Below, piece after piece: positions 8,085 to 16,893 of a stretch of 25,079 nucleotides of DNA. The notes below the pieces were generated by a model that made no database searches, was not told the DNA's origin, and saw nothing but the letters and a program-made list of their open reading frames with translations. The stretch spans positions 1-25,079 of the forward strand of contig DATDZK010000066.1 in assembly GCA_035288725.1 (NCBI GenBank), read 5' to 3'. Origin of the DNA: Candidatus Nanoarchaeia archaeon (GTDB lineage: Archaea > Nanobdellota > Nanobdellia > SCGC-AAA011-G17 > DATDVL01). Position 1 is the first letter of the stretch. Each line of letters starts with the position of its first letter. Both the position numbers and the translations under genes were made by a program.

Positions 8085-8220
8085 GGTATCAACACCTCGC
8101 GAAGTTTTGTAAAAGTAAAGAAGAAGAGTATTTAAATTTTTCTATTTGTAACTACTGAATAGTAAATGAGCGCAAAAACCCCCTACAAAAACCAGGTATG
8201 CCCTGTGTCCTCTTTTGCGT

Positions 8221-8245
8221 AAAAAAAGAACTCCTTTTTCCGGAG
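8221..8245 (-). terminator. Possible terminator downstream of fusA
   Basis: Minus strand reads CTCC-GGAAAAA-GGAG followed by TTCTTTTTTT. Confidence 0.35.
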
Positions 8246-8299
8246 ATAAAGATGCATGAATCAACCCAAAGTATATTTATTAACCTTGCGTTTTCAATT

Positions 8300-11098
8300 T
8301 CAGCTCAAGCTCATCTGATCTGGATTCAGTCCCTTCCTTTCGCGAATCCTTCTGATAACCTTCTCCTGCAGGTCACCAGGCACCTTGTCATACTCCTGGT
8401 CAACTAGGTAATAGGTCCCTCTGCCTTCTGTTGCGCTCCTTAAATCCGAGGCAAGTCCTATCATCTCAGCTACTGGAAGCCTGCATTTCACCAGTATCTC
8501 AGTGCCTTTATGTTCCAAGTCTATAAGCTGCCCTCTTTTGTTGCTTACAAGCCTGTTAATTTCACCCATGAAGTCTCCACGGCATTCAATCAGGATTATT
8601 TGGTATGGCTCATACATCACTGCTTTCGCATCCACCATTGCAGCTTTGATAGCTTCGCGAATAGCAGGCAGCACTTGCGCAGGCCCTCTGTGAATCGCAT
8701 CTTCATGCAGCTTGCAGTCCCTGACAACAACTTTAATTTTGACGCAAGGCTCCCTAGCCAAAGGCCCTTCTCTCATCACCTGCTCAAAACCTTCATTAAT
8801 TAGCTCCTGCACTTCCCCAATAGCGACAATGCCTTTAGTGCCATCAATTAGCACATTTTCATTGTAAACATCCCTGATTCTCTTTGCTTCTTTCACAGCA
8901 ATTCCAGCTTTCTCAAGTTTCAGGTAAGCTTCTGCATCTCCCTTTTTCATTTTCCCGCCAGTCAAGACTTCTTCCTTAATTAGATTGTACCATTCCTTGC
9001 TCAATGGCTCAACAGTTATGTAAAACTTGTTGTGCTTGTTTGGGGACTTCCCTTCAACTTCTGCAGAAGGATTCTGGATGGTTTCCCTGTACACAACAAT
9101 GGGCTCTCCTGTCTTCACCTGGAATCCCCTTTCCTCCTTTATCCTGTTTTCAATAATCTCCAAGTGCAGTTCTCCCATGCCATGGATTAAATTCTCCCCA
9201 GTTTCAAGATTAATGGTAACTTTAAGCGACGGATCTTCCTTGCTGACCTTCTTCAGAATCTCAACTAACTTAGGCAAGTCTTGTGGCTTCATGGGCTCAA
9301 TGCTCTTTATTATTACAGGATCGAAAATATGTTTCATGTCCTCAAAAGCTTGTTCAGGTTCAAGCGTTATTGTCTCTCCAGCAAATCCAGAAACTCCTCC
9401 TAGTGCTATGACATTTCCAGCCACAGCCTCTCCAATCTGCTCAGGCCTTATTCCCTTGTACAAGAACACCTGGCCAACGCGCTGGTACTGCTTTGCATTG
9501 TTCAGCCATACCTGCATTCCTTCATTTACAGTCCCAGAGAATAATCTTCCAGCTGCCATCTCCCTTCCGAATTTTGGATCAATTACAATTCTTGTGATTA
9601 CAAATGCGACCTTTCCATTTGGATTGCAGTTGACCAGATCCTGCCCTAATGGGCTTTGGATATCTCCTTTCCAGATGTGCGGAATTCTGTATCTCTGCGC
9701 TTCTACAGGATCAGGCAGGTGATTGATGACCATGTCAAGAATGACTTCATACAAGGGTGCATTCTTCCAGAACCAGTCTGTTATCTCTTCTTTTTGTTTT
9801 CCTGATGTGTACTGCTCAATTATATGCTTGAATGTGATGTTCTTCTTTTTCATCCCAGGAATGCTTAGCCCCCAGTTCTCCCTTGCAGAGCCAAATGCAA
9901 CGCTGCCGTCCATGATGTTTACTTTCCATTTTTCCTTGTACTCATCTTCTGCAATGCGCTCAACAAGCTTGTTGAAATCCAGAACCAGCTTTACAAATCG
10001 CTCCTGCATCTGCTCTGGTGTAAGTTTTAGCTCGTTGATCATCCTGTCTACTTTGTTTATGAATAATACAGGCTTCACTCTCTCCCTGATAGCCTGCTTC
10101 ACAACAGTCTCGGTCTGCGGCATTATCCCTTCAACACCGCAAATCAGCACTATAGTGCCGTCAATTGCTCGCATCGCCCTTGTTACGTTCCCTCCAAAGT
10201 CAACGTGCCCTGGGGTATCAATAAGATTAATCAAATAGGATTGCCCTTCATAGTCATGGCTCATGCTCACATTTGCAGCATCAACAGTCAGCAGCCTTTC
10301 TTGCTCATCCTTGTGCTGCCATGTTGCCATGCCTTCCTCTAAGTTTCCAGCCGCTTTCTCGCTCATCAGCCCAGCTGCTGCAAGCAGGTTGTCAGTTAAT
10401 GCTGTGTTATGAATTATCATTCCTTCTGCAACAAAGTTATGATTATCAGGAATAGTGAAGTCATATACTGTTTCTTCATATGATTGGGAAATAGATTCTA
10501 CAGGAACAAAAGCAAGATCTTCATGGTGGTTTCTGATATTCTGTAGCAATATTTGATTATTTGACCTTACTTGGACCTGAATAGATTCATATTCCATTGA
10601 TAGGCTATTCTTTTCCTTCCAAAAGAATTCTAATTTTCTTGCACAAACAACATTGTCTCCTAATTTAAGTTCTGCAGCTGTTTTTTCTACGAATTGCATA
10701 TGCTCAAAAGTGAGGTACTTGTGTTCAGGCGTTGTTGTAATCCCAAATCCGTTGCGTAGCTTGACAGTAATGGTTTTCCCGCCTTGCAGCTTCCAAGCCA
10801 AATCAATTTTTTTATTCTCAAGGTTTCCTGTTTCCTTGTTGAGCGAAAAAATATATAGGGGATTTTGAGATAGGTCATAGATGGTGTGCTCTTCTTTTTC
10901 CTCAAACTTAGTTCCAAGGCTTAGAGCAGTTTCATATAGTTCCTTTGCAGTCTTTATGCTTCCATTAGCAAGAATAAGCCTGGAGTCTCCAGCTATGCAT
11001 TTTCCATGGTGTATATGCGCAGAAGTGCAGATGTTCCTTATATTCTTCGGCTTCTTCATCAATCTTTTGAGATCTTCAATAGTAGTTGCTTTTCCCAT
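8300..11098 (-). CDS. fusA: Translation elongation factor EF-2 precursor with intein (mature ~734 aa)
   Basis: DTPGHVDF, NKVD, HMGELHLE-like and diphthamide-loop DAIHRGPAQ motifs; intein inside the P-loop. Confidence 0.98.
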   Translation of the reverse strand: MGKATTIEDLKRLMKKPKNIRNICTSAHIHHGKCIAGDSRLILANGSIKTAKELYETALSLGTKFEEKEEHTIYDLSQNPLYIFSLNKETGNLENKKIDLAWKLQGGKTITVKLRNGFGITTTPEHKYLTFEHMQFVEKTAAELKLGDNVVCARKLEFFWKEKNSLSMEYESIQVQVRSNNQILLQNIRNHHEDLAFVPVESISQSYEETVYDFTIPDNHNFVAEGMIIHNTALTDNLLAAAGLMSEKAAGNLEEGMATWQHKDEQERLLTVDAANVSMSHDYEGQSYLINLIDTPGHVDFGGNVTRAMRAIDGTIVLICGVEGIMPQTETVVKQAIRERVKPVLFINKVDRMINELKLTPEQMQERFVKLVLDFNKLVERIAEDEYKEKWKVNIMDGSVAFGSARENWGLSIPGMKKKNITFKHIIEQYTSGKQKEEITDWFWKNAPLYEVILDMVINHLPDPVEAQRYRIPHIWKGDIQSPLGQDLVNCNPNGKVAFVITRIVIDPKFGREMAAGRLFSGTVNEGMQVWLNNAKQYQRVGQVFLYKGIRPEQIGEAVAGNVIALGGVSGFAGETITLEPEQAFEDMKHIFDPVIIKSIEPMKPQDLPKLVEILKKVSKEDPSLKVTINLETGENLIHGMGELHLEIIENRIKEERGFQVKTGEPIVVYRETIQNPSAEVEGKSPNKHNKFYITVEPLSKEWYNLIKEEVLTGGKMKKGDAEAYLKLEKAGIAVKEAKRIRDVYNENVLIDGTKGIVAIGEVQELINEGFEQVMREGPLAREPCVKIKVVVRDCKLHEDAIHRGPAQVLPAIREAIKAAMVDAKAVMYEPYQIILIECRGDFMGEINRLVSNKRGQLIDLEHKGTEILVKCRLPVAEMIGLASDLRSATEGRGTYYLVDQEYDKVPGDLQEKVIRRIRERKGLNPDQMSLS
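10406..10999 (-). mobile_element. Mini-intein (198 aa) in the EF-2 P-loop
   Basis: HGK|CIAGDS...TTPEH...VYDFTIPDNHNF...IIHN|T. Blocks A, B, F and G are present; no LAGLIDADG motifs. Confidence 0.95.
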
Positions 11099-11194
11099 AC
11101 CAAACCAAAAATCCTTGAAAATGATTTAAAAACCTTTTCTTTTCTGTTTTTAAAAACAGAAAGCCTTAAGATTGCAAGGAAAGAAGAAAAATGC

Positions 11195-11620
11195 ATGAAA
11201 GCAAGAAAAATGCGCAACGAATCGTCCGGCTTAATGCTAGAGCAGATATTGGGAGAAAAAATAATCCTTTCAGTAGAACTTGTGAGGGTTCTTCCTCCAG
11301 AGGAGCATCTTGGCGTTGTATGCTATAATCAGCAAACAAAAGCGCATGATTTTATAGAGCCAATCTACAAGCCTAGTGCTCTAGAGGTAAGTCTTGCAAT
11401 AGAACAAGCGCAAAAAGAAGAAATCAATCCTAATAATCCTATTCTGTTCATATACGCAGGAGTCAACGCAGCAGAGTGGTTTTATGATGGGATTCAGGAA
11501 GGAATCCATCGGCTGCATGGGGCAATGTACTACCGCAGGTTAAAAGTATTGAATGACGCGCATCCTGAATTTGAGAAATACGCAGGAATATTGCTGCAGC
11601 AGAATTTCCAGTCAATGTAG
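11195..11620 (+). CDS. Hypothetical protein antisense between rps7 and fusA (start 11195 or 11210)
   Basis: The track ORF 11006..11620 overlaps fusA; the non-overlapping part fills the rps7-fusA gap. Confidence 0.6.
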   Translation: MKARKMRNESSGLMLEQILGEKIILSVELVRVLPPEEHLGVVCYNQQTKAHDFIEPIYKPSALEVSLAIEQAQKEEINPNNPILFIYAGVNAAEWFYDGIQEGIHRLHGAMYYRRLKVLNDAHPEFEKYAGILLQQNFQSM

Positions 11621-11628
11621 AATATTGT

Positions 11629-12225
11629 TTATCTTGCAGCGTCAGCCTGCCTTTCCAGCTCAAGCTTTTTTGATATTGCGAAGCTTCTGCCGTCGCTCTG
11701 TGATGCTCTGATAATCTCATCTGCAAGCGCCTCATGCGCCTTTATCTTGCTGCCATAGCTTTTCTGGTAGCTTCCCTGCACCATGAAGCGCAAGGCAATG
11801 TCTATCCTTCTCTGCGGGCTGCAGTCAACAGAGTGCGGGTATTTTGCGCCGCCATATTCTATAGTTGTAATGTCCTCACGCGGGGCAGCGTTCTCAACAG
11901 CTTTCACAAATACCTCAATAGGATTTTTCTTGGTCTTCTGCTCAATGAGATTAAACATCTTCAATGTCAGGGCAACAGAAGTCAGCCCTTTTCCTCCGCA
12001 TCTTCCTGAGCTGATGAAATGCTTCTTTCCCTTGTGCCCGGGAGCCATAAGCTTGTTCATGAACCTTTCAATGATCGTATACTTGTTCTTCCAGAATCTG
12101 ACGCGTGTATTCCTTCCAGCCATCCTCGGAACATGCATCATTCTGAGATTGATGTAGCTCTGCAATCCTGGATCCTGCACCTGAATGCCAGCAACATCCC
12201 ATCTGCCGAAGAATTTCATTGCCAT
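11629..12225 (-). CDS. rps7: 30S ribosomal protein S7 (uS7)
   Basis: KFFGRWD, ENAAPREDIT, VDCSPQRRID and LADEII motifs. Confidence 0.97.
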   Translation of the reverse strand: MAMKFFGRWDVAGIQVQDPGLQSYINLRMMHVPRMAGRNTRVRFWKNKYTIIERFMNKLMAPGHKGKKHFISSGRCGGKGLTSVALTLKMFNLIEQKTKKNPIEVFVKAVENAAPREDITTIEYGGAKYPHSVDCSPQRRIDIALRFMVQGSYQKSYGSKIKAHEALADEIIRASQSDGRSFAISKKLELERQADAAR

Positions 12226-12662
12226 TAGCGCCTTCCTTTTTCAATCCTGCCTTTCAATAAAGCATCTAAACTTTGATCATTGACCTTTATGACCTGCCAT
12301 CTTACGCCAGGAAGGTCTCCTTTCGCCCTTCCCATGGTCCCGCCAATGCATTCAACAATGACCTCATCATGCTCGTCAATCTGCTTGATTGCCCCCTCTC
12401 TTGGTGCAAATGCTGTGATTATTTTTCCGTTCTTTCTAAGTTGTACGCGAACGCATTTTCGCATGGCGCTATTCGGCTGCTTTGCTTCCCTCTGGGTTTT
12501 TTCAAGCACAATTCCCTTTGCCTGCGAAGCTCCCCCAAGAGGGTCTGCCTTTTCCTTAAGATTGAGAGCTCTTCTAGTGAACCATTTGGAGTTCCATCTG
12601 AAGGTTTTCCTTCGCTTCTTCAGTCGTTTGCCTGCAAATAATCCGTTGGATTTTCCACTCAT
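12225..12662 (-). CDS. rps12: 30S ribosomal protein S12 (uS12)
   Basis: [17 protein letters not shown] and [10 protein letters not shown] motifs. Confidence 0.98.
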   Translation of the reverse strand: MSGKSNGLFAGKRLKKRRKTFRWNSKWFTRRALNLKEKADPLGGASQAKGIVLEKTQREAKQPNSAMRKCVRVQLRKNGKIITAFAPREGAIKQIDEHDEVIVECIGGTMGRAKGDLPGVRWQVIKVNDQSLDALLKGRIEKGRR

Positions 12663-12684
12663 GAAATTAATTAGCCAGAATTTG

Positions 12685-12700
12685 CTTTATAAATATTGCG
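12685..12700 (-). promoter_or_regulatory. TATA promoter for rps12-rps7
   Basis: Minus strand CGCAATATTTATAAAG, about 23 nt before the rps12 ATG. Confidence 0.55.
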
Positions 12701-12830
12701 TTTAACTTGCTGTGTTGCGTGATTCAAAATTTTTGATAAAGTACAAACTAATCCAACAAAAATAGCCTCCTTTTCGTCTATAAACGAAGAATAAATTTTA
12801 TTTAAGAATTGCGCAACACAGCAGTCCAAA
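12700..12830. repeat. Long inverted repeat, attC-like
   Basis: Arms 12708-12725 and 12806-12823 match at 16/18; both mismatches are G-T wobbles on the plus strand. Minus-strand GTTAAAC at 12706-12700. Confidence 0.65.
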
Positions 12831-12865
12831 AATTAAAGCTCGGCAGTCGCTCTAAGAAGTATACT

Positions 12866-13594
12866 CTACTCAGAAGGAAAGGGTCCTCTCTCGGTAAGTT
12901 GCTTCGTTAATTCTATAACTCGATCAATAACTTTACGTACGTCTTCAGAATATTTTTGACGCAGACCATCTAATTCACTTTGCATTTGACCTCTAGCATA
13001 ATTCACTCTATCCTGCTCTTCCATTATTTGCGTCTTCAACAATTCAGAGATATCTTTGTCAGTTCCTATTTCAACTAATCTAACTTCCTTTCCATCATCA
13101 TCAAATTCAGCATATGCCCACCCAGTAGAAGCAGAAGCATCCCATTCTTTTACATCTTTTTTAGGGATAATCTCCATATCCTGTAATTTTGCTTCTATCT
13201 GCTGGTCTGCTTTGCTTCCCTCTGGAGCATTCCAATACCTATCAATATTTCCCATAAAAGTATCATATAGGTTAAGAAAGAATTCTGAATCAACATTATG
13301 CGTAACTGTTCTTGGAAAAACACATTTCTTTTTGTATCCATTATAAAAACCACAATTTACTCCTTCCATACCATCTGGTTGCCATTCACACAAATTGCTT
13401 TTTACGGGACAATCTCTTGTAACAGTATATGTTTCATCTTCATCAGAATCCTGTTTCACTTGCATTTTAAATTGCGGTTCGGTGTGTTTTTCTAATTCTC
13501 TTTCTAATTGTTTTTGGGTTTCTTCACTACGTCCAATTAAAATAATTTCCAAATCTTTCGGAGAAAATTTTCCATCTATATTATCTTCACACAT
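12866..13594 (-). CDS. AT-rich hypothetical protein (242 aa) with a four-Cys cluster and coiled-coil-like tail
   Basis: Long ORF with its own promoter GAAACGTTTAAATA (~13617-13630); 20/60 GC in 13021-13080. Confidence 0.75.
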   Translation of the reverse strand: MCEDNIDGKFSPKDLEIILIGRSEETQKQLERELEKHTEPQFKMQVKQDSDEDETYTVTRDCPVKSNLCEWQPDGMEGVNCGFYNGYKKKCVFPRTVTHNVDSEFFLNLYDTFMGNIDRYWNAPEGSKADQQIEAKLQDMEIIPKKDVKEWDASASTGWAYAEFDDDGKEVRLVEIGTDKDISELLKTQIMEEQDRVNYARGQMQSELDGLRQKYSEDVRKVIDRVIELTKQLTERGPFPSE

Positions 13595-13649
13595 AGTAAG
13601 AGATTAATTCCAGTAGTATTTAAACGTTTCTATTTTTATCACTATTAAA

Positions 13650-14057
13650 TTACACAACCTTCAGCTGCACAGGGTAATATCTCTGCACAATCTTCTGCAT
13701 ATTTGAAAAATTGCTTTTGTTCCTTCCAAGCAGCATTGCCTTCTGCTGCGTGTTTTCCATCTCAATTAGGATTTTATTTTCTTCCTGTTTTATCGCCCTA
13801 GGCACTAATGGCAGGATGCAGTTCTTGGAGAATTCAACAGCGTCATTAGCAAACTCAATTATCCTTATCCTCTTCTTCAGCAGATTCCCAAGGCGCTTCA
13901 CATTGCTCCCTCCCTTTCCAATTGCCTTCCCCCCTTCCCCTTCCAGGACAATAAATGTCAATATCAAATTGTCATCATAGAAAACATCCTTCATTTTCGC
14001 TCTTGTTAAGGATTCAAAAGTGGTGATGTACCCAATCAGCTGGAGATCGTACTGCAT
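13650..14057 (-). CDS. nusA: Archaeal NusA-like KH-domain protein
   Basis: GKAIGKGGSNVKRL KH GxxG loop; position after rpl30e. The start at 14057 avoids the overlap. Confidence 0.93.
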   Translation of the reverse strand: MQYDLQLIGYITTFESLTRAKMKDVFYDDNLILTFIVLEGEGGKAIGKGGSNVKRLGNLLKKRIRIIEFANDAVEFSKNCILPLVPRAIKQEENKILIEMENTQQKAMLLGRNKSNFSNMQKIVQRYYPVQLKVV

Positions 14058-14059
14058 GA

Positions 14060-14314
14060 TTAGTAGCTGGCAACAGCAACATTGAACTTCTTCTTGCAAA
14101 GCAAGGCTAGCTCAGTGCTTGGCTCGTCAAGCTCGTATATTGTAATAGGATAGATTTTCATGTAGCGCTGCAGCGCTTCCTTTGCATCAGGAGGGCAGTT
14201 CTTTGCAAGGAAAATAGCCTTGGTCTTTCCCTTCCTGACATTGCGCAGAGTTGCATCGCTGCCATAAACGATTTTCTCTTCTTTCAGTGCCTTTCTCAGT
14301 GCCTGTATGCTCAT
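14060..14314 (-). CDS. rpl30e: 50S ribosomal protein L30e
   Basis: IVYGSDATLRNV...IFLAKNCP...ELALLCKKKFNVAV; conserved synteny. Confidence 0.92.
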   Translation of the reverse strand: MSIQALRKALKEEKIVYGSDATLRNVRKGKTKAIFLAKNCPPDAKEALQRYMKIYPITIYELDEPSTELALLCKKKFNVAVASY

Positions 14315-16893
14315 TTCTTGTCCTCCTTCTTTTCATTTGTCACAGCCACAAGGTCAGGCAAGCCAGTTCCCAAAGGCACAATCTGGTTAAGCATGACATT
14401 TTCGATAACAGAGTTCAGGTAGTCAACTTCGCCAACAAGCGACGCATCAACAAGGTGCTCAATTGGAGTTTCAAAGCTTGCCCTTGCAAGAACGCTTTCC
14501 TTCTCGCCTGCAATTCCTGAGCGAGTAATCCCTTTTATTTTCCCAGTTGCAGTCATGCTGTCTGCGATGAAAAGAATGTGCCTTACATCAACTTCAAGTC
14601 CCTGGTCTTCAATAACGCTCTTGGCTTCATTAATGATTGTCTGCCTGGCTGCCTCAATGCCAAGCACCTTCTGCACTTCAAATATGTCATTTGTGGTTGT
14701 CCTGCCTGCATCCACTCCAGGCAATGCAAAGACATCCTTAAGATTCGACCCTGCAGCAAGAATCATGAACTCGCTTCCATCCTTCACAGGCAGCACTTGC
14801 GTAATCTCCTTCACGCCGCGTATGAACACTCCTTTTATTTTCTCCTTCAGCTTGTATGTCTCCATCAGCTCGTTTTCCTTGGCTTTGGTCTTGAGGATTA
14901 TGCTGCTTCCCTCGTCCTTGATGGACGCATGTTTTGCTTCCTGCTCCAGGGCCTTCATGATCTGGTGGTTGGTAACTGAAAGGTTCTTCATCTTCTGCTT
15001 GTCAAGTATCATCTCAATCTGTAATCTTGCCACATCAATTGAGAAATCGCTGACAACTTCCTCTACTCTCGTCTCCTTGATCTGGGCTGCCACCTTCCTG
15101 ATTCTATCAGGGTCCTTTGCAATTTCCTTGTCAAGGTAAATCTTCATCAATGGCGTCTTTATTTCCTTGCGCGCATCAAACAGTTCTATTAGTCTAGGTA
15201 AGCCTTGCGTTACTGCCACTTCTGCTACGCCTGCAAAATGGAAGACATTAAGTGTATTATGGGTGATGATTCCTTCTGCTGTCGTGAAAGTCTCCAGCCC
15301 AGGAACGCTCAAGTCATAGACATAAGGATGGTCATAGTCAACATACTCAATCCTGATAATTTCGTCCCAGATCACGTCAGAATAGAACATGCGCTGCATA
15401 ATTTCAAGCTCTGCTGAGATGTCAGCATTCTTTTCCTTGGCTAGTTGTTCAAAGAGTTTCATGTATCTGAAGAGAGCAGTCCTTCCAATCTTTTGCCTGT
15501 TGGTGAAGTTGTTGACATAGCGCGTAGGATAGCCTACTTTCTTGGCAGCGTTCCTGAAAAGTTCTCCAAATCCAGATATCATGTCTGTATGGTCTCTGCT
15601 TTTATTGCTCCAGAAATGCTTTGCCTTCTCTGCAAGTTCTTCCAATGCTGCATGCTTGTAGTCAATATCGCTGCCAATATGCTGCAGGAATAATGGGGCA
15701 TGCTTGTATGGAATAAGCAGCCAGTGCTGCCCTTTCTTGTCTTTTGCTTTGAAGGAAAATATCTTGAATCTGGAAAGCAGCAATGCAATCCCATCAATGA
15801 GTTCCTTTGAATTTGAGGAGCAGCGAATCATCTTCCTGCCAACATGGATGTTGCCGTCGCCATCAAAGTAGCCGCGCAATAATCCTGAGACAAATTCATT
15901 GCTCGCAGAATATGCAAATTGTGGCACTTTCTTGAAATCAGAGCCTTCGCCGCAATGTTGAGTAATAAAGCGTGCAAGCAGAGAAGAGCTTACCTTGATA
16001 TCCCTGCTATCAGCAAATCCGCGATGATGAAAATCTTCTTTGTAATTCAAGCCAACACTGGTAATGAAGGATTTTGCTTGGTTAATATAATCATTATCCA
16101 AATTTGAGATAGACAAAGCATAATTAGACCCACATCCTTCAGATAAATATGCCCCAACAAACCATCCTGTTAATCCATCCAATGGAATGATGTTCTGCAT
16201 TGGCTTTGTTACTGTTCCCGGAACATGAATAATGCCGTCAGCATCAACAACCATGGGTGATGCAACTTCATCCTGAATTTTGATGTCTTTAGTGATGACA
16301 GGTGCGCTCAGATTGTTAATGGTTGGAATACGATTTCCTATCTTTAATGCTGTTCCTTTAACAGGTATAACCATGTTATCAATGCGCGTAACAAATGAAT
16401 GATTATCAGTGCAGGTAATGGATCTTCCAGAAGCAGTAATGATATTCATGAGCTTCCCAGGGTGTTTGTGCCTGCTGCATTCAATGACGCGCTTCCATTG
16501 CACTTTCTCATCCCTGTCTAGGCTAGGAACGTAAATTTCCAATCCATGTAAGGGAAGAATATGGGAATTATTAAACTCACGATAGCCATTAATATTCATT
16601 AATGTGTCAACAAATTTTCCAATAGGCATAAGTTGTACGGAATTATTTATCCGTAAAATTAACCACTCATTAGTCGCAACGGACATCTGCGTGCTCGGCT
16701 CGCCAAAGCTCTCTGCAGTTATGATTCCAATTGCCTCTCCTGGGCTGATCCTGCTCTTCTTGTATTCCTCATGCAGCAATTCCAGTGCTTCCTGCTTCTG
16801 CTTCGCATTCAGCCTCTCTTCAGCAGCAATTTCCTCAAATTCATCAAGTGCTTTCTTTGGGATTGCGCTTGCAATGTCTTCATTATTTTTCAT
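14311..16893 (-). CDS. rpoA2: RNA polymerase subunit A'' (Rpo1C) precursor with intein (mature ~384 aa)
   Basis: PGEAIGIITAESFGEPSTQM|TLNVFHFAG, QGLPRLIE and LARASFET motifs. Confidence 0.98.
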   Translation of the reverse strand: MKNNEDIASAIPKKALDEFEEIAAEERLNAKQKQEALELLHEEYKKSRISPGEAIGIITAESFGEPSTQMSVATNEWLILRINNSVQLMPIGKFVDTLMNINGYREFNNSHILPLHGLEIYVPSLDRDEKVQWKRVIECSRHKHPGKLMNIITASGRSITCTDNHSFVTRIDNMVIPVKGTALKIGNRIPTINNLSAPVITKDIKIQDEVASPMVVDADGIIHVPGTVTKPMQNIIPLDGLTGWFVGAYLSEGCGSNYALSISNLDNDYINQAKSFITSVGLNYKEDFHHRGFADSRDIKVSSSLLARFITQHCGEGSDFKKVPQFAYSASNEFVSGLLRGYFDGDGNIHVGRKMIRCSSNSKELIDGIALLLSRFKIFSFKAKDKKGQHWLLIPYKHAPLFLQHIGSDIDYKHAALEELAEKAKHFWSNKSRDHTDMISGFGELFRNAAKKVGYPTRYVNNFTNRQKIGRTALFRYMKLFEQLAKEKNADISAELEIMQRMFYSDVIWDEIIRIEYVDYDHPYVYDLSVPGLETFTTAEGIITHNTLNVFHFAGVAEVAVTQGLPRLIELFDARKEIKTPLMKIYLDKEIAKDPDRIRKVAAQIKETRVEEVVSDFSIDVARLQIEMILDKQKMKNLSVTNHQIMKALEQEAKHASIKDEGSSIILKTKAKENELMETYKLKEKIKGVFIRGVKEITQVLPVKDGSEFMILAAGSNLKDVFALPGVDAGRTTTNDIFEVQKVLGIEAARQTIINEAKSVIEDQGLEVDVRHILFIADSMTATGKIKGITRSGIAGEKESVLARASFETPIEHLVDASLVGEVDYLNSVIENVMLNQIVPLGTGLPDLVAVTNEKKEDKK
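15256..16683 (-). mobile_element. Intein (476 aa) with LAGLIDADG homing endonuclease
   Basis: TQM|SVAT...TDNH...WFVGAYLSEG...LLRGYFDGDG...VYDLSVPG...THN|T. Confidence 0.96.

Noticed and set aside
7691-8106. 12-nt repeat CCTCGCGAAGTT at about 7691 and 8095
   Set aside because: Short; one copy is inside a CDS and the other overlaps an SD. Plausibly chance.
8170-8220. CGCAAAA/TTTTGCG stem with an inner hairpin, possible ncRNA
   Set aside because: Weak pairing, single copy, no recognisable family.
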